A DNA stretch of 64,000 nucleotides, taken from assembly GCA_963718665.1 (NCBI GenBank), contig OY970359.1:1312001-1376000 (forward strand), written 5' to 3'. Position numbers and translations under genes: made by a program. Each line of letters starts with the position of its first letter. Positions within the stretch are counted from its first letter, which is position 1. The notes below the pieces were generated by a model. That model was not told the DNA's origin and searched no databases. It saw only the letters and a program-made list of their open reading frames with translations. Source of the DNA: an uncultured Phycisphaerales bacterium. Lineage in GTDB: Bacteria > Planctomycetota > Phycisphaerae > Sedimentisphaerales > Anaerobacaceae. Of the stretch, positions 1-10,771 are shown one piece after another.

Positions 1-506
1 AGCTTCTCTGAATCCTTAATTATGTCGCGTTCGGAACCCCAAAGTTTTAATTCTGGTTCGCCGACGTCTTTGCCCGCCATAAAATTGAAGTAATAGCCGC
101 AGGCGAGGGACCAGTCCTTATAATTGCGGTCCTGGATGAAACGGACCGGCTCGCCGGTGGAGCCGCCGGATGAGTTATGAAACCAGGATCGCTTTTGATA
201 ATCTTTCGAATACATATTTTCGCCCTGGCTTCGTATTATATCCTTGGTCAGAACGGGGATACGCTGGAAGTTTTCGAGGCAAACTTTTCCGTTTTTGATT
301 ACCGCTGCATCTTCGAGTATTTTGTGATAGTAAGGCACATTCGCGTGTGCGTGCATTAAAAGCCCGCCCAACTTTTCGTCCTGCATCCGGGCGAGCATCT
401 CGGGCCTTTCGTACTCTATCTTTTTGAGATATTCGAAATGCTCGAACATCTTGCGTCCCAGGACAACCGCGGCCACCCGCAAAACAGCTTTTCTCCAGTT
501 AAGCAT
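1..506 (-). CDS. Phenylacetate-CoA ligase / CapK-like adenylate-forming protein (partial, runs off the window start)
   Basis: Manual translation from ATG at 506 gives MLNWRKAVLR...HAHANVPYY...IPVLTKDII...SSGGSTGEP...KLWGSERD. The P-loop-like SSGGSTGEP and NVPYY motifs are typical of this family. Not in the ORF track because no stop lies in the window. Confidence 0.8.
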   Translation of the reverse strand, partial: MLNWRKAVLRVAAVVLGRKMFEHFEYLKKIEYERPEMLARMQDEKLGGLLMHAHANVPYYHKILEDAAVIKNGKVCLENFQRIPVLTKDIIRSQGENMYSKDYQKRSWFHNSSGGSTGEPVRFIQDRNYKDWSLACGYYFNFMAGKDVGEPELKLWGSERDIIKDSEK

Positions 507-538
507 AATATAACTCTCCGCAATACCGTCCCTGGTTA

Positions 539-1666
539 TTAACGGTCATTGTGAACAATTTGCGCAAATAGCTCTTTATATCTTTGGACAATTTTTTCGA
601 TGTTATGATTTTCATTGACGTATCTCCAGCCGTTGACGCCATATTGTCGGGCAATTTCAGGTTCGAGTAATCTTTTTAGCATTTCCTTGAATTTATGCGA
701 GTCACCATTGGCGCACAGGCCACAGTTGAATTTATCGAGGAAGCCGTCAGGATTGACGTTCAGCGACAAAATCGGCGTTGCGCATTTGCAGGCCTGAATA
801 AAGGTGTTGGCAAAACCTTCGGCGCTGCTTGTGCTGACGAATATCTTGGCTCGCCGGAAAAAGTCGTCTATTTCATGAAAAGGCACACTCTCAATAAATT
901 CGAGGTTGGTGACCGATTTTGCCCTGGCGACCAATTCGCCGTATTTATTGTCACCCTTTGTCTGCTGGCAAATCATCACGAACTTTTCAGAAGGAGTTTC
1001 CTGGGCCAGTTTTATAAAAAGATACGGCTGTTTGAAATCAACGCTGCGTCCTACCCAAATGATGGAATCGCGATTATGGGCTGATGGTTCAGGAATTCGA
1101 TGCCCGTTGGGAATCGGAATCGATGATACGCCGGTGGTTTTTCTTAAAGGTTCGCTGTCGCTTTCTTTTTGCACGGAGACAAGTTTCGCCCGTCTAATCG
1201 CCCACAAAAACACCCTGCCACGCAGCCAGTTTTGGTGAAGATATGTTCCGTCACAGTCGATATCATGCGACGTCCGGAGAAAAAATTGTCGTCCGTGTGT
1301 CCTGCAAAAAAGCGCAACCAATCCGGCAATCGATGATGCACCCTTCTTGAAGTAGATATCCGAATTTACCCGTTTCATTGTTTTCCACATGCTTAAAAAC
1401 GCCGCAACGGGGTTTTGCAAATCCAAGGTTTTGTATATCACAACGCCATCGAACCGCTCAATTTCGCGCTGACCATAATCGCCTGTAATCATACTGACGC
1501 TGAATTTCTTGTCCTTGGCCAGTTCAGTGGAAAGCATATAAATATCGACCTCGGCGCCGCCCTGAGTGCCTTTTCCCACCCTGCTGAACAGCGGGTAGGC
1601 CTCCAGCGCAATAAAACAAATGCTTATAGGCCGACCGGCGGAGCTGTTTATCGAAGTGCTGACCAT
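539..1666 (-). CDS. Glycosyltransferase family 4
   Basis: N-terminal GGAE motif, WVGR, and EGFANTFIQA (variant of the E-x7-E motif). Confidence 0.88.
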   Translation of the reverse strand: MVSTSINSSAGRPISICFIALEAYPLFSRVGKGTQGGAEVDIYMLSTELAKDKKFSVSMITGDYGQREIERFDGVVIYKTLDLQNPVAAFLSMWKTMKRVNSDIYFKKGASSIAGLVALFCRTHGRQFFLRTSHDIDCDGTYLHQNWLRGRVFLWAIRRAKLVSVQKESDSEPLRKTTGVSSIPIPNGHRIPEPSAHNRDSIIWVGRSVDFKQPYLFIKLAQETPSEKFVMICQQTKGDNKYGELVARAKSVTNLEFIESVPFHEIDDFFRRAKIFVSTSSAEGFANTFIQACKCATPILSLNVNPDGFLDKFNCGLCANGDSHKFKEMLKRLLEPEIARQYGVNGWRYVNENHNIEKIVQRYKELFAQIVHNDR

Positions 1667-1700
1667 AAAATATCCCGGAAATATCGTCGATTCGGCATTT

Positions 1701-3524
1701 TCAGACCATCCATTTTTTGAACCACATATTGAACATCATAATGCTCCAGAAAATACGATAGTAATCGCCCTGTCCCTGCTGGTGTCTGTTCCAGTATATT
1801 TTCAGTGTGTCTTTGTCATAGTAGTCGAGCAGGTCGAAACCGAAAATCTCATTGTACGCGAAATCTTTCAACTCATTTCTAAAATAATGAATCAGGGGAA
1901 CGCTAAACCCCTGTTTTCTTCGATGCAGTATCTCATAGGGAAGGACCTCACTGAAGGCCTTTTTAAGGATATATTTCTTTTGGCCCATTTTGATTTTTAA
2001 CCTGGGCGGAATCCGTGCCGCGAACTCTGCCAGCGTATGGTCAAGAAAAGGCACGCGGGCCTCGAGGGTAACCGCCATCGATGCGCGATCTTCCTTCACA
2101 AGCAGGTCGTCTGGCAGATACTCGTTCAAATCGTAGTTCATCGCGTTGTTAATGTCATCGGGATAAACAAAATGCTTTTCAAGATATTTGTAAGCGGCAA
2201 GTTTGGAAGATGGCTCGTCTTTTGTCCTAAACATATAACTGAACAATCGCAGATACAAGGTGGTGCGGTCTTCCTTTTCGCCGAGAAAGCCGCGAAGCTT
2301 GTTGAATTTTTCCTTTCTGAACAGGAGATTTGCCAAAACTGTCGAATAATCCAAAAAGCGTTTTACCGGCATCGGCAGATTGTTAAGGGTTCTCAACAGG
2401 ACATAATCGTTATAATGCCCATATCCGCCGAAAAGCTCGTCTCCGCCTGTGCCGGACAGCGAAACCGTAACGTGTTGTCTTGCCACCCTCGACACGAGAC
2501 AGGTCGGAATCATCGAAGGGTCGCCGAATGGGTCGTCATAATAATACGGCAATTCGGTTATCAGCTCCCTGACGTTATTGGCGTTGAAATCTATTTCGAA
2601 ATGATTTGTCCCAAACTTGTCGGACACTATCTTGGCATAATGAGATTCGTTGAAATCCGACCGGTCGAACCTTATCGAAAAGGTATTAAGGTTCTTGACG
2701 TATTTACTCATAATTGAGACGAGAATAGAGCTGTCCAGACCTCCTGACAAAAATGCGCCGAGGGGGACATCTGATATCAACTGCATTTTGACCGCCCTGT
2801 CGAGCCGCTCAACGATTTGTTTTTCTATCTCCGTTTCATCACAGTCAAGCTGGTTGGCAAATGAAAGCGTCCAGTAATGGCGGTTCTCTTTTATTTTTCT
2901 CGCGGAGAGGTCGTAAACCAAAAAACAGCCCGGTTCCAGCTTTTTCACTCCCTCCAGAATCGACCTGTCAAAAGGTGTGTTGCCAAACAGCATATAATAA
3001 TCCATCGCATGCTGATTTATCCTTTTTTCGATATCGCTCCTGAGGAAAACCTTAAGTTCAGAACCAAAGATGAATTTTTTGTCATCGCAATAGTAAAACA
3101 AGGGCTTGATGCCGAAACGGTCCCTGGCCAGAAAGAACAGTTTTTGTTTTTTGTCGAAGATACAGAATGCGAACTGGCCATTGAGACGTTCGAGCATATC
3201 AGTGCCCCACTGTTCGTAGCCGTGAACGAGCACTTCGGTATCAGTATGAGATATGAAAACATGGCCCTGCTTTTCGAGCGATTCCTTGATTTCGGGAAAG
3301 TTGAATATCTCGCCGTTGAAGGTTACGCAGACGGAGCCATCCTCATTATACATTGGCTGGCGACCTTTTTCGGAGAGGTCGATAATTTTAAGCCGTTTGT
3401 GCCCGATAGATATGCCGTCTTTGACGTGGAATCCTTCCTGCTCCGGGCCGCGATGTTGAAGCAACTCGGCGAGCGACCTGACTTTTTTTTCGTCTTCCCA
3501 GTTGAAGCCGAGAATTCCGCACAT
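1701..3524 (-). CDS. asnB: Asparagine synthase (glutamine-hydrolysing)-like amidotransferase, probably glycan-amidating
   Basis: MCGI Ntn nucleophile, HRGP, NGEIFN, RDRFGIKP, LSGGLDSS, SGTGGDELFGGY, EARVPFLD. Confidence 0.92.
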   Translation of the reverse strand: MCGILGFNWEDEKKVRSLAELLQHRGPEQEGFHVKDGISIGHKRLKIIDLSEKGRQPMYNEDGSVCVTFNGEIFNFPEIKESLEKQGHVFISHTDTEVLVHGYEQWGTDMLERLNGQFAFCIFDKKQKLFFLARDRFGIKPLFYYCDDKKFIFGSELKVFLRSDIEKRINQHAMDYYMLFGNTPFDRSILEGVKKLEPGCFLVYDLSARKIKENRHYWTLSFANQLDCDETEIEKQIVERLDRAVKMQLISDVPLGAFLSGGLDSSILVSIMSKYVKNLNTFSIRFDRSDFNESHYAKIVSDKFGTNHFEIDFNANNVRELITELPYYYDDPFGDPSMIPTCLVSRVARQHVTVSLSGTGGDELFGGYGHYNDYVLLRTLNNLPMPVKRFLDYSTVLANLLFRKEKFNKLRGFLGEKEDRTTLYLRLFSYMFRTKDEPSSKLAAYKYLEKHFVYPDDINNAMNYDLNEYLPDDLLVKEDRASMAVTLEARVPFLDHTLAEFAARIPPRLKIKMGQKKYILKKAFSEVLPYEILHRRKQGFSVPLIHYFRNELKDFAYNEIFGFDLLDYYDKDTLKIYWNRHQQGQGDYYRIFWSIMMFNMWFKKWMV

Positions 3525-4300
3525 TACGCTACTCTTTCAAAGACAAACTCATTGCAACCCGTAAAACCCTGGGTTTTTATAAATTTTTTCAGCTTAAACC
3601 CTCGCTGCTCAAAAAAAGCCGTTACCTCATCGACCGACGCGTATTCGTAGGGGTAGCCGCCCACCCAGTCCACGATGTCGTAGTAGTAGCTCATACCTCG
3701 TTCTTTACTGAAAGGATTTCGCCTTGATGTGAGCATCACAGCAGGGACCTTAACAATCAGGACCAGCCAGATGAGGATTTTTTTGATAATCGCGGGGCTT
3801 TTGACGTAGGTGAACTTTATCATCTTCCAGATGGGCGATGTGAAATGCTTATTGTAGATTGCTATCGCGAGGATGCCTTTGGGGGCGACAAGCCGAGCGG
3901 CCGCCTCGAAGGCCTTGTGCATATTCCCGGTATGGTGAAGGACTCCCCAGCTATATACGACGTCAGCGGGTTCAAGATTCAGGTTGTCGTTAAGAATCGA
4001 GTTGACGGAGAAATCAATTGAATCCGCCCTGATAGCCGGTTCCCACTGGCGGACGCGTTCGAGCACATCTTTGGCGGTAGCGACGCATTGCGGGTCGTAA
4101 TCGAAGCCGACGACTTTTTTGGCGCCCAGCGCGCCTGCGGCGATTGAGAAAAGTCCGCTGCCGCAGCCGATATCAAGGACGGTTTTTCCGGTCAGGCCGC
4201 CAACCAGCTCCCTGACTGACTTTTTGGCGTCGAGATAGGCCTCATTAGTCAGTTGTTTAGAAAAATTTCGCCAGTTTTCTCCGAAGGCGAATCTTTCCAT
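3524..4300 (-). CDS. Class I SAM-dependent methyltransferase
   Basis: VLDIGCGSG motif [18 protein letters not shown]. Confidence 0.88.
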   Translation of the reverse strand: MERFAFGENWRNFSKQLTNEAYLDAKKSVRELVGGLTGKTVLDIGCGSGLFSIAAGALGAKKVVGFDYDPQCVATAKDVLERVRQWEPAIRADSIDFSVNSILNDNLNLEPADVVYSWGVLHHTGNMHKAFEAAARLVAPKGILAIAIYNKHFTSPIWKMIKFTYVKSPAIIKKILIWLVLIVKVPAVMLTSRRNPFSKERGMSYYYDIVDWVGGYPYEYASVDEVTAFFEQRGFKLKKFIKTQGFTGCNEFVFERVA

Positions 4301-4344
4301 TTTTTTCTCCTATGGCGGGCCTAGATATGGGACGGCTTCGCCGG

Positions 4345-5454
4345 TCATCTTTTTTGGGCCAGTCGAGCAAAGACGGACTTATACTCGCCGGCGATTCTGG
4401 TTATGTCGTGGTGCTTTTCGGAATATTTTCGGGCATTGGAGCCGAATTCGACATAGCGGTCGCCATCAAGCAAAAACCGCATATTATATGTTAGCCGAGC
4501 GGCGTCGCCATTACAACACAAACCGCATTTGTGCGTATCCAAAAAACCGTCCGGATTAACATTGTAAGACAGTATCGCCGCGCCGCAGTTGCAGGCCTGG
4601 ATAAAGGTATTAGGGAAACCCTCGGAGTCGCTGGTGTTGACGAGAATTTTGGCCCGCTGGAAATAATCGTTTATCCTGTCAAACGGCACGTGCCTGATAA
4701 ACTGTAAATTCCGGATTTTGCCGGCCTGCTCAATAAGGTCCTTGTAATGCTGGTCATTATTCAGCGTCTGGCAAATAATCGTGAAATGCTCATTAGGAAG
4801 GGTTTTTGCCAGTTCAAGGAATCGTTCAGGGTTTTTGACTGGGTCATCGCGGCCGACCCAGATAATCGTATCCCGCTTCTGCTGTCGCATCACAGGCAGC
4901 CGATGTCCGTTGGGAATTACCTGCGAAGATATGCCCATAGTTCGAGTCAGATTTTCGTTGTCGATTTTATTCTGGGCGAAGACCAGTTTGGCCTGTCGCA
5001 ACGACCATTTGAACAATCTGCCCAGAATCGGGTGCTGCCTGACGTAAGTCCCGTTGCTTTCGAGCAAGCTGGCGAGGCGATACACAAAAGCCCTTCGGCG
5101 TAATTTGCAGAATGCCGCGACTACCGGCACGCCTGGCGAGGCACATTTGAGTACATAAATATCGGCATCGGCCTGCTTCAGTGCATTCCAGGTCCGTATC
5201 AGGCCGGTAAGTATATTGGCGCGGAAATCGAGCGACTTGAGAACGGTAACGTTTTCGATAATCTCAACGTCTTTCTGGCCGTAGTCGGCCACGATGAAGC
5301 TAACTTCAAAATTATTATCGCGGGCAAGTTCAGTCGCCAGATAATACAAATCGACTTCAGCTCCGCCGAAGTAGGTGCCTATCGCGGGGTTGAAAATCGG
5401 ATACGCCTTTGGGGCAACAAAACAAATCTTTATTTTTTTTGATTCCGTTGTCAT
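4345..5454 (-). CDS. Glycosyltransferase family 4 (paralog of 539-1666)
   Basis: GGAEVDLY, IPNGHR, WVGR, EGFPNTFIQA. Confidence 0.88.
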   Translation of the reverse strand: MTTESKKIKICFVAPKAYPIFNPAIGTYFGGAEVDLYYLATELARDNNFEVSFIVADYGQKDVEIIENVTVLKSLDFRANILTGLIRTWNALKQADADIYVLKCASPGVPVVAAFCKLRRRAFVYRLASLLESNGTYVRQHPILGRLFKWSLRQAKLVFAQNKIDNENLTRTMGISSQVIPNGHRLPVMRQQKRDTIIWVGRDDPVKNPERFLELAKTLPNEHFTIICQTLNNDQHYKDLIEQAGKIRNLQFIRHVPFDRINDYFQRAKILVNTSDSEGFPNTFIQACNCGAAILSYNVNPDGFLDTHKCGLCCNGDAARLTYNMRFLLDGDRYVEFGSNARKYSEKHHDITRIAGEYKSVFARLAQKR

Positions 5455-6047
5455 TTAGCTGTCACTAAATACGCCCATGGAATGCCCAGCCAAGAGTTAA
5501 GGTTGACAATTGAAATTTCTTTGAAGCCGGCCTCGGTTAGTTTGGTTTCAACCTGTTTTTTGTTGTAATTATACTTGTTTACGCCTCGCAGGAATTTGGC
5601 GGCAGTGATATACAAAAATCCGAATCCATGCCTTGAAACAATGGTGGTAACAAGCTCGCCATCCTGCTTTATCGCAATTCTGGCCTGCTTGAAGAAAGTA
5701 CTCAACTGTTCCGGATTCAGATATTCAGTCATCCAGGTCGAAAAAACCGTATCGAAACTGTGCGCCTCGACTAATTGCGCAAGTTGCGTTGCGTCTCCCT
5801 GATGAACTTTTATCGGCAATCGACAAAGATGGGGATTGCGGTCGATGCCGACAACCTCGTTGTCTTTCAGCAGCAAACTTGTGTATCGCCCGGTGCCTAG
5901 GCCTATGTCTAATATCTTTTTGCCTTTAATCTGTGAAATTATCGGGACCAGTTTTTTGTCGGAGGGAATCCGCACGAGATAATCCATAAGACATCTCTTC
6001 TCGTAGGACTCAGGCGTCTGCGCTTTGTATCTGTCGTAGTTGGCCAT
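5451..6047 (-). CDS. Class I SAM-dependent methyltransferase
   Basis: ILDIGLGTG motif I, GDA, FDTVFS. Confidence 0.8.
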   Translation of the reverse strand: MANYDRYKAQTPESYEKRCLMDYLVRIPSDKKLVPIISQIKGKKILDIGLGTGRYTSLLLKDNEVVGIDRNPHLCRLPIKVHQGDATQLAQLVEAHSFDTVFSTWMTEYLNPEQLSTFFKQARIAIKQDGELVTTIVSRHGFGFLYITAAKFLRGVNKYNYNKKQVETKLTEAGFKEISIVNLNSWLGIPWAYLVTAK

Positions 6048-6048
6048 A

Positions 6049-7869
6049 TTATGACGATAACGCTTGTTTAGATTGCCAATAGTTGAATACGAAAATCAGC
6101 CAAAGCTCTCTGGCGTTATCTCGCCTTCGGTTTATGTGCTCATTAAATAATTGTTGTGTTCGTTCGTAATCCACCGGCCCGCCTTGGTAATATCTGCGGC
6201 CGGTAATAAATTCCTTTATTAAATCACTGTTTCGAATCCAACTGCTCACGGGGACAGTAAAGCCCCTTTTGGTTCTGTGCACTATTTGCCGGGGCAGATA
6301 TTTATCGGCTATTCTTTTCAAAAACCATTTAGTCGTCAGGCATCTGATTTTGTATTTATCCGGAAGCGACAAGACCAGCGGAACAAGACGATAATCGAGA
6401 TACGGCACTCGCGCCTCCAAAGAAACCTGCATCGAGGCGAGGTCAACTTTTTTGAGTATGTCTTCGGCAAGATAGTTATGGATGTCGTTCAACTGCACCG
6501 AGAGCAAACTGTCTTCGCTGCCGCAGGGGATAAGCTGCTCATCCGGAACAAAACCATTGTTCAACAGGTCTTTCCTGCTCAACTCCGTGAAGGTCGCCAT
6601 CCAGTTCAGGTGTCGCCTGTTGCAGCCCGCGTCGAAATCACGCAGGAATCTTTTCATCTTAAAGCCGAGGGTAACTTTTTTGTCCGATGGCGGAATCATA
6701 TTCACAAGGAACCGGGACAATCCGGCAACGGGGACAGGAATGAATTTCGCCAGTTTATACGCCCTGTAGGTATCATAGCCGCCGAATACTTCGTCGCCGG
6801 CGTCGCCCGACAATGATACCGTAACTTTTTGCCTGGTAATCTTCGAGAGCAGGTACGTCGGGAAGACCGATGAGTCGCCAAACGGCTCATCCATCGCGCC
6901 GATTATCTGCTGAATAATGCCCTCGTTGACATTCATATATTCGTAGTGATGAGCCGTTTTGATGTGCTCGGCGACAACCTTCGAAAACTCCAGCTCATCG
7001 TATGATTCATCTTTGAAGCCGATTGAGAAGGTGTCGAAATCCTTTTTGTTTTTGGCGATGATGGCGGAGATGAGCGATGAATCGAGGCCGCCCGAAAGGA
7101 AACTTCCCACGGGCACATCGGCAATCAACCTCTTCAATACGGCATCGCTGAGAATTTCCTCGACCATTTCCAGCCGGTCGTTAATAGCAATATCCTGACG
7201 TTTAGCTATTTCGGCTTCGAGGTCGTAATGTTTTGAAATGGTCAGCTTTTTGGTATTCAGGTCGAAGAGGATGCTGTGGGCGGGCCTGAGTTTTCGGCAG
7301 TTTTTGTAAATAGTCAAGTCGCTGCCGATATATTTCTGGTAGAAGAAGAAATTCACGCCCGCCGGGTCGGTTTCAAGGGCGATGTGGTATTTTCTGATTG
7401 CTTTTAGTTCCGAAGCGAAGATAAAACGCCGGTCGTCGAAATAATAATAAACCGGCTTTATGCCGAACCTGTCGCGAGAGATAAACAGCGTTTGTTTGTC
7501 CCTGTCGTAAATGCAAAAGGCCCACATGCCGTTGAATTTTTCGACGCACTTGTCGCCCCAGCGGTGATACGCAGCCAGGATAACCTCCGTATCCGTCCCG
7601 GACGTGAATCCGTAACCAAAAGATTCGAGTTCTTTTCGTATTTCCTGGAAGTTGTAAATTTCGCCGTTGAAGACAATCGCCAGGTTCTTAAAATACATCG
7701 GCTGATGGCCTTTGGGGGACAAGTCAAGGATCGACAGGCGCGTATGCCCCAGCGAGACATTGTCATCGAGATATGTCCCGCGGTCATCGGGACCGCGGTG
7801 TCGCATCGCCCCGGTCATCGCCTCGATTGCGGCGTTATCTTTCCAGTTAAAGCCGGCTATTCCGCACAC
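6049..7869 (-). CDS. asnB: Asparagine synthase-like amidotransferase (second copy)
   Basis: MCGIAG, HRGPDD, NGEIYN, LSGGLDSS, SGDAGDEVFGGY. Confidence 0.92.
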   Translation of the reverse strand: MCGIAGFNWKDNAAIEAMTGAMRHRGPDDRGTYLDDNVSLGHTRLSILDLSPKGHQPMYFKNLAIVFNGEIYNFQEIRKELESFGYGFTSGTDTEVILAAYHRWGDKCVEKFNGMWAFCIYDRDKQTLFISRDRFGIKPVYYYFDDRRFIFASELKAIRKYHIALETDPAGVNFFFYQKYIGSDLTIYKNCRKLRPAHSILFDLNTKKLTISKHYDLEAEIAKRQDIAINDRLEMVEEILSDAVLKRLIADVPVGSFLSGGLDSSLISAIIAKNKKDFDTFSIGFKDESYDELEFSKVVAEHIKTAHHYEYMNVNEGIIQQIIGAMDEPFGDSSVFPTYLLSKITRQKVTVSLSGDAGDEVFGGYDTYRAYKLAKFIPVPVAGLSRFLVNMIPPSDKKVTLGFKMKRFLRDFDAGCNRRHLNWMATFTELSRKDLLNNGFVPDEQLIPCGSEDSLLSVQLNDIHNYLAEDILKKVDLASMQVSLEARVPYLDYRLVPLVLSLPDKYKIRCLTTKWFLKRIADKYLPRQIVHRTKRGFTVPVSSWIRNSDLIKEFITGRRYYQGGPVDYERTQQLFNEHINRRRDNARELWLIFVFNYWQSKQALSS

Positions 7870-8798
7870 TATTTTTTGCTCCTGTTGACTGTTTGGGAGT
7901 AAACTTCTGCCAGCGTTTTGCTTTCAAAGCCCGTTTTCGTCATATACCGCAAAATCGAATTCAGCCGACATAAATACATCTTTTGACCGAGCTTTGTTCT
8001 CACGAAGGGTGTTTTGCCGGGCAGGACTTCCATTGAGTGGAACATCAGGTTGAGCACCGGCGAGGGATAGTTTCTCGCGAATTCCGAGACGAGTGATTTC
8101 ATCTCGAAGGCGGTCATATGCGTAGGCCGAAGCCAGCGGTAAAATATCCACCTGCCGGGCAAAAACGGCAATCTCTTTCCCGAAACAGTAATAGGCACTT
8201 CCAAAATCGTGCTGTTGCCCGCTGAATAATAATCCGTTTGGGAAATAAAATACGGCTGCTTCGGCGACCGCGAATGGTCGGGGCCGCCGTAACTTCGCCA
8301 GTCCGTATCAGGCGTTACCGAGCTATCGACTTTGTAGCCCAGCTTTTCCAACGCCTTTATCGTATCCAAATCAGCGCCGTACCGGGCTGCCCTGTAGGAA
8401 ACCGGCCTGACGCCCAATTTCTTTTCAATCAGCCCGGTCAGATTTTTTATCTTCGCAGATTCGATTTCTGCATCATAAGCGAAACAGGGGAATTCATCAC
8501 TGGCAATTCCGGAAATATCCTCGTGCTTTCTTTGCGGCTCGATATATTCGCTGTGCAGATGTGTCCCTATCTCAGCGCCGCGAACGATTTCATCTTTCAG
8601 CGTCCGGCAGCATTGGTCGTTTTCAACCACCTCAGGCGAAACAAAATAAACCGGTCTGATGCCGAACTTATCCCAGATTGGCCTGAGGATTGAGGGAATC
8701 CCGAAGGTTACGGATTCAAACGTCAGCGGCCGCGAACGCTTCCAGTGGATATCGCAATCCGGCTCAGTATCGATTGTTATACAAAAAATTCCTGCCAT
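7869..8798 (-). CDS. Polysaccharide deacetylase-like protein (NodB/WalW-like)
   Basis: ITIDTE, EIGTHLH, SYRAARY, DSSVTP, MFHSME. Confidence 0.78.
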   Translation of the reverse strand: MAGIFCITIDTEPDCDIHWKRSRPLTFESVTFGIPSILRPIWDKFGIRPVYFVSPEVVENDQCCRTLKDEIVRGAEIGTHLHSEYIEPQRKHEDISGIASDEFPCFAYDAEIESAKIKNLTGLIEKKLGVRPVSYRAARYGADLDTIKALEKLGYKVDSSVTPDTDWRSYGGPDHSRSPKQPYFISQTDYYSAGNSTILEVPITVSGKRLPFLPGRWIFYRWLRPTHMTAFEMKSLVSEFARNYPSPVLNLMFHSMEVLPGKTPFVRTKLGQKMYLCRLNSILRYMTKTGFESKTLAEVYSQTVNRSKK

Positions 8799-8810
8799 TT
8801 TTCTCGCCGA

Positions 8811-9947
8811 CTATTTTTTATTGAGAACCCGCTGGTAAAGTTCTATATACCCCTGCGCAACTCTGTCCCAGCCGAATTTTACCGCCTGACTCCTGGCGGC
8901 GGCGCACATCATTTTATACTGCTGTCGATTATCAGCCAGCTTGATTATGGCCTCGGCAAGCGATTCCGCGGAGTCGGTTCCAACAACAATACCGTTGTCC
9001 GAAATCAACTCTTCAACCCCTTCGCACTTCGTAGTTATTATCGGCAGGCCCGACGCCATAGCTTCAAGCATCGCGTTACTCATTCCTTCCTGCATACTGG
9101 CGCTGACGAACATATCGTGCTGCCGATAAACATCGGGCATCTTCTCGGTTTCGATTCTGCCTGTCAGGTTGATAACATTAGTCAGTTTTTTTTGCTCAAC
9201 GATGTTTTTCAATTCGTCAAGCAGTCCGCCGCCGCCAGATATTGTCAGGCGAACATTTTTACCTTGTTTGTTTAATATCTCGACTGCCTCGACGAGCATT
9301 TCGAATCTTTTTGTTACCGACAGCCGACCGACCGTGAGGAGTTTCAACTCGCCGGACAATTCCTTGTTCGCGACGGGATGAAATTTATCCAGGTCGATAC
9401 CGTTTGGAATGATATCTATATTTGCCGAAGGTAAAAACCTCAGCGACCTGTTTTTCAGGCCATCGCTGCACGCCACAAGCGCAGCGGCTTTTTGCCATAT
9501 TCTTTTCAGCAGAGGCCCCAGCAATTTATATTCGAGCTGCAATCGTGCGTGCCCTCCGGGGACATCCGAGCCGCGAAGCGAGATTATATACGGCAGACGA
9601 TTAGCTGTCCTGTAACAAAGCCAGCCGGTCGGCAGACCGAAAAACGCATGAACGAGGTCGTAGCGGTTTTCCTTGAGCAAGCGCTGATAAGGCGGAGTGG
9701 CTTTGAGGACCCATTCGACGACCTCAATCTTGCGCCAATAGTGCAGATTTTTTTTGTGCACGCCGACAGTATAAAGCGTAACATTTTCCGACAGTTTTTG
9801 AACCGCAAAACCGGGTTTCGGCGCTGACGCGAGCACATCCACCTGTAAATCGCTTTTTCCGGCATACTGCCTGAGTATTGCCAGGTGGGCCTGCCCCGCG
9901 CCGCCGCCGATGGGCGGAAATTCGTAATTAATCATCAGGATATTCAT
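8811..9947 (-). CDS. Glycosyltransferase family 4
   Basis: NYEFPPIGGG, IPNGID, VGRL, EGMSNAMLEAMASGLP. Confidence 0.92.
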   Translation of the reverse strand: MNILMINYEFPPIGGGAGQAHLAILRQYAGKSDLQVDVLASAPKPGFAVQKLSENVTLYTVGVHKKNLHYWRKIEVVEWVLKATPPYQRLLKENRYDLVHAFFGLPTGWLCYRTANRLPYIISLRGSDVPGGHARLQLEYKLLGPLLKRIWQKAAALVACSDGLKNRSLRFLPSANIDIIPNGIDLDKFHPVANKELSGELKLLTVGRLSVTKRFEMLVEAVEILNKQGKNVRLTISGGGGLLDELKNIVEQKKLTNVINLTGRIETEKMPDVYRQHDMFVSASMQEGMSNAMLEAMASGLPIITTKCEGVEELISDNGIVVGTDSAESLAEAIIKLADNRQQYKMMCAAARSQAVKFGWDRVAQGYIELYQRVLNKK

Positions 9948-10740
9948 CTTGCAGTCGGTTTCCCGTCGCTGTTTTCTCGATAATGACCGTCATAAACATA
10001 CCCAGCAGGTTATTAGCCGGCGAAAGCAGGTATTCTAACGCCCTGACCACGGGATACGCAAACCCCGGCAATAACTGTCGCAGGGTAAGCCCGCCGCTTA
10101 TCAGGTATCGCATCGGCGTGTGATTGCGGAGCGACACAACTTTAAGCCGGGGGAATTCACGCTCAAAAATTGTTCTGTCGCGGACAAAAATAATCCACGG
10201 TATAGCGCCGTTGGCCTGCGAAAGCGGGCCGGCCTTCGAGAGCTCCCAGCTGCCTTTAGGGTCAAACCCTTCGTGATGAAAGTTTGTGTAAACAAACCTT
10301 GCCCAGGGCGTATCGGCCGGCTCAATCATAACAATCCTGCCACCGGGTCTGAGGCATCTTTCGGCTTCGGCGAAAAACTTTCTCGGCTCGCCGATATGGT
10401 GCAGAACGTCAAACATAAAAAACGCGTCCACGCCTACATCTTCAAAAGGCATATCCGTCGCCGAAAAAACCTTGTCAACGTCAACACCATTGAGAATATC
10501 GGACGTTATGACGTTTGGAATTACCTCTTTGACGAATCCGCCTCCGCTTCCCAGTTCCACGAGCACCTTATTTTCCGGCTGCTGCACCGCTTTTTTGAAT
10601 TGCCGATAAAAGTCAATGTAGAGATTTCTAAGGAACGGCTTGCTGCGCAAAATCCTGCCGTGCAAAAGCGTAGTTGCCGGGTCATCGAGGTCCTTTATAT
10701 TCTTTATTTCTGGCAGTTTAAGCCAATCTAAAATCTCCAT
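9928..10740 (-). CDS. Class I SAM-dependent methyltransferase (type 11-like)
   Basis: VELGSGGG, DVLHH, LRPGGRIVMIEP. ATG at 10740 preferred over TTG at 10752. Confidence 0.85.
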   Translation of the reverse strand: MEILDWLKLPEIKNIKDLDDPATTLLHGRILRSKPFLRNLYIDFYRQFKKAVQQPENKVLVELGSGGGFVKEVIPNVITSDILNGVDVDKVFSATDMPFEDVGVDAFFMFDVLHHIGEPRKFFAEAERCLRPGGRIVMIEPADTPWARFVYTNFHHEGFDPKGSWELSKAGPLSQANGAIPWIIFVRDRTIFEREFPRLKVVSLRNHTPMRYLISGGLTLRQLLPGFAYPVVRALEYLLSPANNLLGMFMTVIIEKTATGNRLQDEYPDD

Positions 10741-10771
10741 ACTATCTTCCAAAAAGGTATCGGTACTCTTT

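Noticed and set aside
1701..7869. AsnB proteins as lasso-peptide cyclases
   Set aside because: They keep the N-terminal Cys glutaminase domain, have no precursor or B-protein genes nearby, and sit among glycosyltransferases.
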